This document shows positions 24,960-38,288 of a stretch of 64,000 bases of DNA, one piece after another. Source of the stretch: Antedon mediterranea (taxonomy: Eukaryota > Animalia > Echinodermata); the NCBI RefSeq assembly GCF_964355755.1, contig NC_092671.1:24626070-24690069 (forward strand). The letters are read 5' to 3'. Within the stretch, counting starts at the first letter, position 1, and each line of letters opens with the position of its first letter. Position numbers and translations under genes: made by a program. The notes under the pieces are model-generated. The model searched no databases. It worked only from the letters and a program-made list of their open reading frames with translations, and was not told the DNA's origin.

Positions 24960-27224
24960 AGAACAATATAATATATATTAAAATATACTGTGTGTGTATT
25001 TAGGCTGCACTGCATTTTTGAAAAAATAAATGTTATAAAAAATTATTTTTAAAGATTTCTCTATAGATTCAAAAGAACCATAAATGTGTACATAGTGGAC
25101 AAAAACGCAGAATGGACAAAACTTTCATAGATCATCTATAAATTTCCATGAAGGCATAACTTTCACAACAAATTGTTTACACAAAATAGGTTTGTTTTGC
25201 TTAGTGTTGCTTATTTAAAAAATAAATTTCAAATTTTCCAAACAAAATTGTTGGCTATGCAAATTCTGTATAATATATGTACATGTATTTGTTTGGGGAA
25301 AATAAAGCCTAGTAACTGGTCAGATCTATTCTTTTTTTGTTGTTAAAAGTCTATTGTAGAAATAACGTAACCTTTACCTCAAATGTGAACTCGAATTTTT
25401 TACCGATTTATGTTTGCACCAATATGAACCTCATCCTCATGTTATTTGTCAGTTTAGGCACCTAGATCAGCTTTCGACTTTCTTGTAGTTTGAAACACTT
25501 CTTATAAATAGTTATAATATTTGATAAAGTAGTTAACATGCAATAGGAAAGACAAATGCAAATGTGGATTCGGGAATGCAAAATAGAAAATAATTTTAAA
25601 CTTAAAACTATGTATTTTCAACTTAACTTTATCTTCAATTGGCCTTTTATTGAGATATTTATTACATTATCTGAGATATTATTATTCTGACACCGACGAA
25701 TCTATAATAATAGCATTAAGCCAACATGTGTGCCTCTATCTCCTCTTAAACCACAAGTCCGATATTAACGCCATTCGAGCTGGGGCACCTTTTAATACTC
25801 CTTTATGCATTAGTCTATATTAGAACGGAAACTTTGTTTTTTAGGCCAGTTTCTTTGCAAAGGCCGAATGCCGTTATTTGTAATCATCGGCCATTTTCCT
25901 ATGTCACAATTAGATCACTCAAGTCATTGGCGATATCGAGACAGGCAGGACATGTGATCAGCGTATAGCCTCAATAGCTTGCGCCATTACAAATGAAAAA
26001 CGGGGCGGTAAGTACAAAACTGTATTCTTGCTCATGTTTCTACCTCATGCACACCGCTCCTGCCTAACATAAGATTGAGCACCCTTTTTATCTATCATTT
26101 TTCCAAACACCAAATGCAGTGATACCACTAGGCTAGGTTATGTGTCGTCTTGCTGGTCGTCTTACTACTGTAATTAGGCCTACTATTTCTAAGCTGCTAT
26201 GGGCAATAGCAAAGAATATATATTCTTTGGCAATAGTCGAATGCGGGATGATTCGGCCCTGGTTTGGCAAGGCAAATCGGCCCACTTAGGCCGATATAAT
26301 GTCTGACTAAAACTAAGAGAGGCTTCTAATTTCATTAGCTCCCGATAGGTTTTTATGATATGGAAGATTGTGAAGTACATTATGCTAACATTATGTTTTG
26401 TTATTTTTGGGGGGGATTTTTAATGTAATTTATTTTCAAGATGTGTAGGCCTAGGCCCCTAGGTACTTCTTTCTAATTAGGCGTAGCCTACACCGCCAGA
26501 AAACACAGTGTGACAATCCACCAAATATTCTTACCACCACAAATCAAGACATTCAACTGAACAACAACAGGAAACTGCACGAATTAAGTGACTGTTCTCC
26601 AGTCGGAAATGACAAAAACATATTTGGAAGCTTTTACAAAACATGACAATTTACCAGACGACTATGAAATTCAGTATTATGTCCTATACCAAACTTATAA
26701 TAATAACTGACATAATAATATTAATTAATAAACGTCTATTATTTTAATATATTTACACAAACAAACAAGAACAAAGATACAGATGTATATTAAAAATTAA
26801 TATTAATGAGATTCTGTTTTTTTGTTTTCAAACATTCATTTTACAGTGAGCACTATTATTATTCTCGATGACTCTGCTTGATTTTAGAATTAAATCAAAA
26901 TAGACACTGAAATATAAAGACGAATACAGTATAATACTGTATAATGTACTTCTCGGCACTTTACATCCATTTACAGATTTGGGAATAAGTATTTCTATAC
27001 TATCTTTAAAATAATTCGTTCATTCATTTACATGTACATTGGACGGCTAGTCTAACTGCTTATTAACTGCTAGTCTAATTTAATGTTGATGATTATTCGT
27101 TATTATTCATAAATGTTTGGTATGTAATTGTATTTTATTGAAGAGAGCCCTAAATATCACTTAACTTACTGGAAGGGTTGCCCTCTCTAAAGATGGTTAA
27201 ATGTATAAAAACAAATACTTGTTC

Positions 27225-27460
27225 AACAACCAAAAGGTACAGGGGCGGTTCATTTAAACTGAACCAGGCTACTAGGCTGATGTAGCAGCATCACCAAGGA
27301 AAAATGGAAAGATCAAAGAAGAAAGCAGCTGCAGAGAAGAAATGGAGTGTAGCAAAGAAGACAAAATAATTAACAGCGAAGTAGGCAAAGAAGGCTGTCA
27401 AATTCAAGTCCCCCACCCAAGAAGTCTGAGAAAAATGAATCTAAGTCGAAAAGGTCTATT
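27225..27460 (+). pseudogene. Old histone H1 fragment
   Basis: AAAAGGTACAGG..GCGGTTCATTTAAACTGAACCAGGCTAC...AAATTCAAGTC..AAGAAGTCTGAGAAAAATGAATCTA aligns to H1 at 47640-47880 with indels. Confidence 0.85.
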
Positions 27461-28867
27461 TTGAGATATTGACCAAAACACGTTTTGCTCTAGCCTTTCT
27501 TTATGAAGAGGTATTTTAATAAATGCCTAAAATACTTATTGTATAATAGAAAAATATATTAAAGAACTTTTATTATGATTTTATATCTACAAAAACAATG
27601 ATATAAAAAGTTACGCGTTACATCCAATAAAATGTATATACAGTACATTAATTGTCTCATGTCAGTTAATAATCATATGGAAAACTTGACAGCAATTGCA
27701 CTGACCATACCCATCATACAATTTAATTTTTTTAAATAGGAAAATTGAAATTAATTAAAACACACACAACCTTAGAATCAATTGTTATTATACAGGTTTA
27801 ATTATATCATAGCTAGACGCAAATATTTACGGATTCTACGAGAGAACTTTCGACGCGAGCTACTTAGGTAGTGCATTGTTTTTTTCTTTTTATCATAGTT
27901 AACCTTAGAACGCACATTTAAGACTAGTGTCTTTAACAACATCGAGAGAAAAAGTACAGTAACGTCAATCTGCACTGCGAACGTGCATCAGACAGTGTTT
28001 TGCAAGTATGACGTCATGAGCTCATGCATGCATCATGAATGTACATGTTATATGCACTCCCTCTATAGTTTATGCCTTAACCTAATAGGAAAAAAATAAT
28101 GCGTCCCGTTCCTAAGAAAACTTTCCTGTCTGTAATCAATATAAATATGTGTTTATGAGTCTATTGCATATAGTCTTTAAAGTTCCGTCCGTAACAATAT
28201 ATTTTTGAAAATGAAATGTTCATCAAAATATGCCCCTACACAAATTTCCAAAAAAATGTGTTTATATAATCTAATGAGGTAGTCACATAAAACGTCGTGG
28301 AATTGGCATTTATAAACTTTGAATACATATGAAATAATAAACAAACAGAATTAATTAAATACTTAATTATGTATAATTGAGATTCAATTTAATCAAATTC
28401 AAATATGAATTCAATAACTTAAAAAAATGAAGACCAGAAAAAGTTTAACAAATTCTTAATTTACTTTGAGAAATAGTCACGAGTTATATCAAAATCAGTA
28501 ATTGAAATGTGTCAATTCATGCAGCAAATACTGTGGAATGTCCCATTAAAACACAAGTAATTAATTTCTTGGTGAGGATACAGACTTGGAGAAATTTTGA
28601 GAAAAGTTCTAAACTGTAGTTCAATATTTTAGTGCAAGTTTCAATCAATCCCAATCATTATATAATTAGCGAATATTGTTTATACATTGTGAAAACTTTG
28701 GATGAAAAAGTCTATAATTTAAATAAAGAAGCAATGATATTCTAACTTATACGAGTTGGGTGCATCCATTTAACTATTAACAATTATTATTTAAACTAAT
28801 AATTTATAATAAAACACTGTATTTTATTACCAGATGATATTTCACAGACAACATACTAGCATTTACA

Positions 28868-29887
28868 TTAATAATAATATGGTGCCTCTCCTGTGTGCAC
28901 TCCCAAATGTCTTTTCAAATTCCCATTTTGTTTAAATTTCTTCCCACAATATTCACATTCATATGGTGTCTCTCCTGTGTGTACTCTCAAATGCGTTTTC
29001 AAATCCCCATTGTGTTTAAATTTCTTCCCACAATATTCACATTCATATGGTGTCTCTCCTGTGTGTACTCTCAAATGCGTTTTTAAATGCCCACTTTCTT
29101 TAAATTTCTTCCCACAATGTTTACATTCATATGGTGTCTCTCCTGTGTGTACTCTCAAATGTCTTTTCAAATTCCCATTTTGTTTAAATTTCTTCCCACA
29201 ATATTCACATTCATATGGTGTCTCTCCTGTGTGTACTCTCAAATGCGTTTTCAAATCCCCATTGTGTTTAAATTTCTTTCCACAATATTCACATTCATAT
29301 GGTGTCTCTCCTGTGTGTACTCTCAAATGCGTTTTTAAATGCCCACTTTCTTTAAATTTCTTCCCACAATGTTTACATTCATATGGTGTCTCTCCTGTGT
29401 GTACTCTCAAGTGTTTTTTCAAATTCCCATTTGTTTTACATTTCTTCCCACAATGTTTACATTCATATGGTGTCTCTCTCGTGTGTATCCTCAAATGCGT
29501 TTTCAAATGCCCACTTTGTTTAAATTTCTTCCCACAATGTTCACATTCATGTGGTTTCTCTCCCGTGTGTATTCTCAAATGGTTGCCCAAATGATAATTT
29601 TGTTTAAATTTCTTCCCACAATGATCGCATTCATATTGCGTCTCTCCTCTTTGTGTTTTCACATTCTTCCAACAATGTTTCGTTTCATTTGTTGTTTGTT
29701 CGTCTTCTTGTTTGTCAACTCTCACCAGTGTTTTAAAATCATCTTCAAATAGCATGTTCTCTAGTTGAATGTTTAACTCTTCTGTCCATGTGTGATGTAT
29801 TCCTAAATGAACCTTCAAAACACTGAATTCAAATTTATCTCCACAATGCTCACATTTATATGTCATGTTGTTGGTGTTCAATTCCAT
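28868..29887 (-). CDS. C2H2 zinc-finger protein: one isolated N-terminal finger plus an array of nine fingers
   Basis: 339-aa ORF with CxxC-x12-HxxxH fingers and HTGE(T/K)P linkers; 84-bp DNA periodicity; may be the last exon of a longer gene. Confidence 0.85.
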   Translation of the reverse strand: MELNTNNMTYKCEHCGDKFEFSVLKVHLGIHHTWTEELNIQLENMLFEDDFKTLVRVDKQEDEQTTNETKHCWKNVKTQRGETQYECDHCGKKFKQNYHLGNHLRIHTGEKPHECEHCGKKFKQSGHLKTHLRIHTRETPYECKHCGKKCKTNGNLKKHLRVHTGETPYECKHCGKKFKESGHLKTHLRVHTGETPYECEYCGKKFKHNGDLKTHLRVHTGETPYECEYCGKKFKQNGNLKRHLRVHTGETPYECKHCGKKFKESGHLKTHLRVHTGETPYECEYCGKKFKHNGDLKTHLRVHTGETPYECEYCGKKFKQNGNLKRHLGVHTGEAPYYY

Positions 29888-29980
29888 AATACAGTATTGT
29901 GAAACCGTTTAATGGAATTTACAGTATGTTTATTATTGTGTTTAAAAAGTTGATATAAAGTATATTTAGTTCTAAAATTT

Positions 29981-30020
29981 CTTGACGTTTCGATCAATAT
30001 ACTTTGATCGTCATCAGGAT
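29981..30020 (-). ncRNA. Hammerhead-like motif (Penelope-like pLTR remnant)
   Basis: Minus strand CTGATGA C GATCAA AGTATA TTGATC GAAACGTC: core and stem II intact, palindromic ACGU stem III, stem I weak. Confidence 0.6.
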
Positions 30021-30236
30021 AGAGAATGCCGAAAGTCCAGGAAACTGGAAATATAAGCGAAATTGGGTGGGACTGGTGTGAAAGATAAAACAAAGATAAA
30101 ACTAGGTTAACAATGGATGGGATTGAAATAATGCCTAGCTATAGAAGGATATTGTTTCTCATGAACAAAGTCTTGAATAAAAGCTAGCTATAGAAGAGCA
30201 TTGTTTCTAAGAAGAGGTGTGAACAGCAAAGTGGTG

Positions 30237-30900
30237 CACAGTGGGCCAGAATTGGTTCAAAGTGTGCCAAAAGTATATACGCATGAACAAATACTGATTA
30301 CGTTAATTTTTAAAGGATCTAAGGGGTTTTTCAGACCCGTAGAATTTAATGGAAGTATTTTTAAATAGGTATGACGTAATACAAATGGTGTTTTCTGATT
30401 GGTTGAGGCGACTGCGCTTGTAATTCTTAAGTCAATTAATATTACATTTACTATTGAAAGGTTTCTATTACCCGGGGAAGCGTGAAATTAAAAATGTCGT
30501 CTTCCTTCCTACACCCAATAAAACCAACTGGAACATTTTCTTAATATATCAGAAGTCATAAAATACTAATTTTTGATTTTGGTTGCAGCTTTTTTATCTC
30601 ATCTTGAACATATTCATTCTCTACCTCTAAGAGTAGAGTCGTTTCTTTCTTGAATTACAGGTGTATAGGTCGGCAAAATCGCGAGGAAGTATCTTTCTAA
30701 ATTTTCAACTACTTCTGTAATTTCTTCTTTTCTTTCCTGAACAATTCGAAGTGCAGTTTGGTCCAGCAAGCTTTGAAGGGGTACTCTTGGCGAATCTTCT
30801 TTAACCGTTATATTGTTTGGGTAGCATTTATGCTTAGCTTCACTCACGTTGTTATATGGTGGGTAAATATCTGCATGTTTGCTTTTTGCAGCCAATCTGT
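30237..30900 (-). mobile_element. Transib (RAG1-related) transposon remnant: one terminus plus transposase fragment
   Basis: Terminus CACAGTGGGCC at 30237; ORF 30614-30895 contains IYPPYNNVSEAKHKCYPNNITV...VPLQSLLDQTALRI, which I recognise as Transib transposase-like. Confidence 0.8.
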
Positions 30901-31704
30901 TGTTTATTTTTTTTATAATTAAATATCATTCAATTGCTGCTATAATATATTTAAAGATGTATTGTTCCCCAAAAACATGAAAAATTAACATTAATTGAAT
31001 CAGACTTTGAATATGTTATTTTAGTAAAGTTAATCACTTTCGGAGAAAAAAACGAAACAAAATAATGTTTTCACTTATAAAATGACAAAATAAATGATTA
31101 AAACCTATTACAAACAGTATTAAGTAATAGTATTCCGACTTTATAACTAATCTGTGTGTTAGATTTTGCTGAAAAAACTAAAATTATTTTTAGATTTCAT
31201 CATTCACTAAGTAGTTGGGTGGTATATGATTAATTTTCCATCTAGTCTTTGTTACACAGTGCACATGGGTCGTTATGTGCAATGTTTTTATTATTACAAC
31301 GTACTACTAGACCTAAAAAATCAAATGAATATCATTTTCCACAGGGTACTATTTACACGGCTGCGTGCTTCAACAAATATAAAAATACGCATGTTATTTG
31401 TTTTGTGGGAGAACATTTATTAAGTAGAATCGTACGTACGGTTGGTTTTGCAATCGATAATATACATCAAATTCATTCGTTCATTTTAAAGTTTTTGTAA
31501 TCTTACATTGTTAACTTTCACAGTTTTTCAAGCTTAAGCTAAGCGTGGCCGAAACAAGTTAAACCCATGCGCATGGTCAACAGCCAATAGGACTACAATT
31601 TTACCTTCAGGAAGTACTCATTTGCATATCTCCGTGTATAAGAAATAAGCTTGTTTAACAACTAGTCACTTCAATTTTCTAATCGTACATTAAAATTGTG
31701 AAGC

Positions 31705-32022
31705 ATGCTACCAAAAACCTCAGGAAAAGCTGCTAAAAAAGATCAAAGAAGAAAGCAGCTGCAGAGAAGGAAAAGAGTGTAGCAAAGAAGGCAAAACAAT
31801 TAGCAGCGAAGAAGGCAAAGAAACCAGTTGTAAAGAAGGCTACCAAATTCAAGTCACCCAAGAAGTCTGAGAAAAATGAATCTAGGCCGAAAATGTCTAT
31901 CAAGTCTCCTAAGAAGCCAAAGACAAATAAGCCTAAAAAGCCGAATGTTAAAAAGGCATCAAAGAAGGTCGCCAAGAAGTGAATTACTGCTAATTTCAAA
32001 CCAAACGGCTCTTTTCAGAGCC
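31705..32022 (+). pseudogene. Chimera: H2B promoter and first 12 codons fused out of frame to the H1 3' half and stem-loop
   Basis: ATG 31705 gives MLPKTSGKAAKK, then H1 sequence from ~31741; stop TAG at 31780-31782; H1 TGA at 31980-31982; stem-loop 32007-32022. Confidence 0.9.
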
Positions 32023-32537
32023 ACCGTGTGTATAAAAGGGATTTATTTGCATTTTAATTCTTTAGTTTCCAAATCTTGTTTTTCACTTTGAATATTATAT
32101 ATTATCTCTATTATATTAACAATTACGTTTATAGAAAACTTTGTACAGATAGTTGTATTACCTTTAAATACTTATTTTACCGGTAGTGCTGAAATTAAAG
32201 CGTCGTGTTTCTTTGTCGTGAACGAAACATCACTATTATATCAAAATAATAACTAATAATTAAATTGAAATAATGACTCATAACATATTCTTCTTTTTTC
32301 CATAATTAACTGTGCTGTTGATTGAATATTTATACATATAAAAGAGTAGTCCTTTTATTTAATATTATTTTATTTTGCAACAGACAAACAACGATGATTT
32401 TATTGACCCTTGCACTTACATTCCTTTTTGTTCAGTTTTATTCTTTACGATCATTGTATATATAATTTCGATGGTGGACGACTGACCCAATTTTTCTAGA
32501 GACATTTATGTTACTGACGAAATGCCAATTGACATAA

Positions 32538-32933
<396 letters not shown>

Positions 32934-33321
32934 ACTCGATGCTTTTGCAAAACAAAAGGCTCTTTTCAGAGCCACCAGTTGAACCAAAAAGAGATTTATT
33001 TGCTTTTCTTTAATTTTTTAATATGATTCAATAATTTCAAATAATCCATTGATTTTTCAGAAATGTATTTATTATTAAACCTATATAGGCCTATGTAAAA
33101 TAAAAGTAGTAACGCGGTAATAATTGATTTAGCACGAATTCGGACGATTCCTCCCGCTTCTAAAAGTTACGTAATAAGTAACATTTTCTATATTTAAACA
33201 AATACATACGAAATAGCGCCACATATGCCTTTGTTAACATAAAGAGTCACACGTCGTATAAAGAAAACACGCCTCATATATAAATGTTTTGTTTTTTAGA
33301 AGTTCTATTAGAATAATACCT

Positions 33322-33435
33322 GAAGCGTACCTGGTCGGTCTTTTCGAAGACACGAACTTGTGTGCCATTCACGCTAAACGTGTAACCATTATGCCCAAAG
33401 ACATCCAATTAGCCCGTCGTCGAGAGCGTGCCTAA
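33322..33435 (+). pseudogene. H3: Histone H3 3' stub (from E97), copy 1
   Basis: [37 protein letters not shown]; no 5' CDS; 6-nt deletion near the end; stem-loop 33468-33483. Confidence 0.95.
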
Positions 33436-34471
33436 CACCGCTTCGTATCTTCATTTTCAAACCAAAAGGCTCTTTTCAGAGCCATTACTTGAACAAAAAA
33501 GAAATAATATAGCAAAATGTCTTTTTTTTATAACTATATATCATTCAATTGCTGCTATTATATATTTAAAGATGTATTTTTCCCCCAAAACATGAAAAAT
33601 TAATTAAATCAGACTTTTAATATGTTATTTTGTAGTTTTAGTAAAGTTAATCACTTTCGTAGAAAAAATTGAAACAAAATAATGTTTCACTTATAAAATA
33701 ACAAAACAAATGGTTAAATTCAATCTCCAAAACCTATTGGCTGGCAGCCAATTTGACCATTTTTTGCTTTAAATTACATTTTTTACAGGTAAATACATTT
33801 TGTTTTCGATTCAATTTTTGGTCAAAGTGGATAACTATTATGTTACATTAACATGACATATTCAACAATAAATTTGTTAAGAATTAGTTTTTTCAGGGAG
33901 ACAATACATCTTTAATAAATATAAACATAGAAGGAGCTTTCTCCATGTCATAAAGCTAAAAACAAGATATGAATTAGGCATGTTTTTGTATTATACCATA
34001 TACTAAGATATACAAACAGTATTAAGTAATACTATTCCGACTTTAAAACTAAAATCTGTGTGTTAGATTTTGCTGATTATTTTTAGATTTCGTCATTCAC
34101 TAAGTAGTTGGGTGGTATATGATTAATTTTCCATATCTAGTCTTTGTTACACAGTGCACATGGGTCGTTATGTGCAATGTTTTTATTATTTTTACAACGT
34201 ACTACTAGACCTAAAAAATAAAATGAATATCATTTTCCACAGAGTACTATTTACACGACTGCGTGCTTCAACAAATATAAAAATACGCATGTTATTTGTT
34301 TTGTGGGAGAACATTTATTAAGTAGAATCGTACGGTTGGTTTTGCAATCGATAATATACATCAAATTCATTCATTCATTTTAAAGTTTTTGTAATCTTAC
34401 ATTGTTAACTTTCACAGTTTTTCATGCTAGGCGTGGCCGAAACAAGTTAAATCCATGCGCATGGTCAACAG

Positions 34472-34530
34472 CCAATTGGACTACAATTGTACCCTCAGGA
34501 AGCCCTCATTTGCATATCTCCGTGTATAAG
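34472..34530 (+). promoter_or_regulatory. H2B promoter: CCAAT (34472), octamer ATTTGCAT (34508-34515), TATA-like TATAAG (34525); repeated before every H2B and before the 31705 chimera
   Basis: Classic H2B octamer-TATA arrangement. Confidence 0.85.
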
Positions 34531-34592
34531 AAATAAGCTTGTTTAACAACCAGTCACTTCAATTTTGTCATCGTGCATTAAAATTGTGAAGC

Positions 34593-34961
34593 ATGCCACC
34601 AAAAACCTCAGGAAAAGCTGTTAAAAAAGCCGGTAAAGCTAAAGCCGTAAGAACAACAGACAAGAAAAGAAAACGTAAGCGAAAAGAAAGCTACAGTATT
34701 TACATCTACAAGGTATTGAAGCAAGTTCACCCGGACACTGGTATCTCAAGTAGAGCCATGGGAATCATGAACAGTTTCGTGAACGATATCTTCGAACGCA
34801 TTGCTGGAGAAGCATCTCGTCTTGCTCACTACAACAAGAAATCTACCATCACCAGCAGGGAAGTCCAGACCGCTGTCCGCCTTTTGCTTCCCGGTGAATT
34901 GGCAAAACATGCCGTTTCTGAAGGTACCAAGGCAGTCACTAAATACACCAGCTCCAAGTAG
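34593..34961 (+). CDS. H2B: Histone H2B, intact
   Basis: 122 aa; [26 protein letters not shown]...AVTKYTSSK; stem-loop GGTTCTTTTCAGAACC at 34991-35006. Confidence 0.98.
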   Translation: MPPKTSGKAVKKAGKAKAVRTTDKKRKRKRKESYSIYIYKVLKQVHPDTGISSRAMGIMNSFVNDIFERIAGEASRLAHYNKKSTITSREVQTAVRLLLPGELAKHAVSEGTKAVTKYTSSK

Positions 34962-35740
34962 TCTCCATTTTGCTACTTCTCAAACCGAACGGTTCTTTTC
35001 AGAACCACCACTTGTCTAAAAAGAGATTTATTTGCAATTCGTTTGTGTATTTGTCTTTTCTATTGCACTTGAATATAATAATTACTCATACTCCAAGGCT
35101 GTTAATAGCTTTTCTATGAAAGGTTTAATTTCCGTATAATCTTGAATTCGTTACTTGGTGCCTTCATTAATTGGAAATTGATGGATATCTTACTGCAATT
35201 TGTGTATGAGCAGTCAATTCTGTCATTTTCTTCTTCAGATAGAATATTCTAAATAATGCTACATTCTTCCAGTATAATCTTTAATACACATCTGTATTTT
35301 CTGATATAGACAACAATTTCACAAGTCCATCAGCAAAATGGTATTCTATACATCTCCATACAACCATTATGATTAAACACATGATGAGTTTGCCGGGCAT
35401 CATTAACATGGAATTTTGACAATTATTCATAAAACAATATTACAAATAAAACAATTAGACATTTCTTTAAGGTCTTTTAAGCTTTAATTTTCTATTATAT
35501 TTGTGCAATTCGCTATATGAATGTTTGTCTTAACCCGGACCTTCTGTTTAGATATATATTTTTTGTCTGTACTATATAGTCTGTTAATTTTTAACAAGTT
35601 GTAACTTGGTGTGATGTTGGTTATAGTCTTTTGTTTTTTAGTAGGAATGTACATTCCCATTTTTGTATTTCTCTTTTTTGTTGTTATATTTTGTTTCTTT
35701 GGACGCACCTTAACAAGTTGAAGTGTGCCACTAATAAAAA

Positions 35741-36507
35741 CAAGGCCAACAGCCATTAAGTCGCGTGCTACAATGCATAGTGATACCGGACCGACAGACC
35801 GACAGACCGACAGACAGAGAGACCGACCGACCGACATAGTGAACTATACTGTCCGAAATTACTGAACATGTTTAAAAATGTTGAAATGTTTAAAAACATT
35901 TATTTTTTTTAAATTTACACGTGCGTAGCCTGTCACTTTCGACGTGCTCGTATAACGTAATTTCGAGTTGAAAAGTAAGTCAAGAAAACAGAAATCGGGC
36001 AAAAAGAGTGCGCAATAACAATTAACGCGCAGTGCGCGCGCAAAAATATGCGCACTCATGGCAATTTTGTAAACGCTTAAAATTGCCTGAAATGTACTCT
36101 TATTTCATCGAAAATAAATTTTGAAAATGTTAAGCGCGCGTACGCATGCGTTACATGCGCTACGCACGTAATTGTATTGCCATATGATGATTTATGCCCT
36201 GAAATTTATGAGTACCAAATTTTATTTAATTGTGATTCATGGTTGTGAAGATATGATTACAAACGTGATTTCGTTAAATCGTGCGTAGACCGCGTAATTT
36301 TTTATTGCGCACCGTGAAAACATAACCACATTGATTCCTGGCCATAAGGAATATACTGTGAAAAATTGACCTAGCTAGATTAAACTGATATCAAGATAAG
36401 GTCAGAAAGCGATAAAACGCATAGTGATACCGGACCGACAGACAGACAGACCGACAGACAGACCGACCGACCGACATAGTGAACTATAGAGTCGCTTCCA
36501 CGCGACT
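35741..36507. mobile_element. Helentron/HINE-like insertion in an A-run of the H2B-H2A spacer (first unit only)
   Basis: Empty site seen at ~45970 and ~51705; sub-terminal AGTCGCGTG / CACGCGACT, terminal hairpin AGTCGC-TTCCAC-GCGACT, two (GACC/GACA)n tracts. Confidence 0.85.
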
Positions 36508-36855
36508 AAAAAAAGTGCCGTGCCAATAAATTATTATTATTAATTATATCGATGCACTTTACAAACTTATATAAAGTCTAAACTAAAAACACCTTCGTAG
36601 AGCTACTGTCACTACCTAAAACTTGAATTCCCGAATTATATATATATAATCAAAATAAAGAAAAAGAGTAACACACTAATCATTTTTATCTAGTCACGCC
36701 CTCCCTATGAATAAAGCGTTAACAATTATCGTTGGCGCCAAAGCCTGTGATTGGCCAATTCAATTATAGGTTTCTGAGAGGGTGTATTGAATAGACTATT
36801 TAAATCGTGGTAAATGTTAATTTGGTATCATTTTCGATATAGTATTCCGAAATAG

Positions 36856-37254
<399 letters not shown>

Positions 37255-38288
37255 ATCATCAAAGCAACCATATTTTATTTCAAACCAAACGGCTCTTTTC
37301 AGAGCCACCAAAATACAAAAAGAGACTTGATTTGTGATCTTTTCTTTATAAATGTTTATAATTGTATAATGTAAAATACCTGGCCTAAGTTAATAATATT
37401 ATACAAACATTTCGAAAATCGGTCGTAGGTTTTGATTCTACAAATTAATATTTTGCCATTAGGTATCACATATTCAGTATGCGTTTACGACAACTTTATT
37501 CAATTCATTTAACTATTAATTAATACTGCCTTTAAAAATAAAGGTCAGATACATATCCATCTATACGTTTTAATATTAGAATTGTTCAATATGGAATAAA
37601 TGCTCTAATCAAAAACATAATTAGCCATTATAAATATTTTTTTTTTAAATCAAGAATTGAAAATTGTCAGTGCTTATCTTATGTTCAATGAAACAGAATC
37701 ATCTGAATTAGAACTCACATAATATAGAAAACGAATGTTTTATAAAATGATTCAAAATAATGCTTTAAATGTGTATTTAAAGACAACAAAGAACGCACTT
37801 TTATGAAACTAAAAAAGGCGACGAGATGTTTCGTCCATACACGTCCGCGATTGAGTAGATAAAAATGGGGTTCGTCGCTGCGTTGTATCACTCATCAACC
37901 AACTCAACTATTTGGAAAAGTTAAAAGCTAAGTTATGGCTGACCAAACTAAAACTAAGAATCTTGTTGTAGCCAAGAAGCCTGTTACTCACCCAACGTAC
38001 ATCGACATGGTAACGGCAGCAATTGGTACTTTGAAGGATAAAAACGGCTCATCTGGTCAGGCTATTGCCAAGTACATCCTAGCCAATTACAAAGTTGAAC
38101 CCACTAAAATGAAAACTCATCTTCGTTTGGCTTTGAAACGTGGTGTCGAAAGTAACAAACTTGTTCAAGCAAAAGGTACAGGAGCCAGCGGTTCATTTAA
38201 ACTGAACCAGGCTACAGCCAATGCAGCTGCCAAGGCAAAAATGGAAAGATCAGAGAAGAAAGCAGATGCAGAGAAGGAAAAGAGTGTA

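Noticed and set aside
28893-29752. Plus-strand repetitive ORFs
   Set aside because: Antisense shadows of the zinc-finger array.
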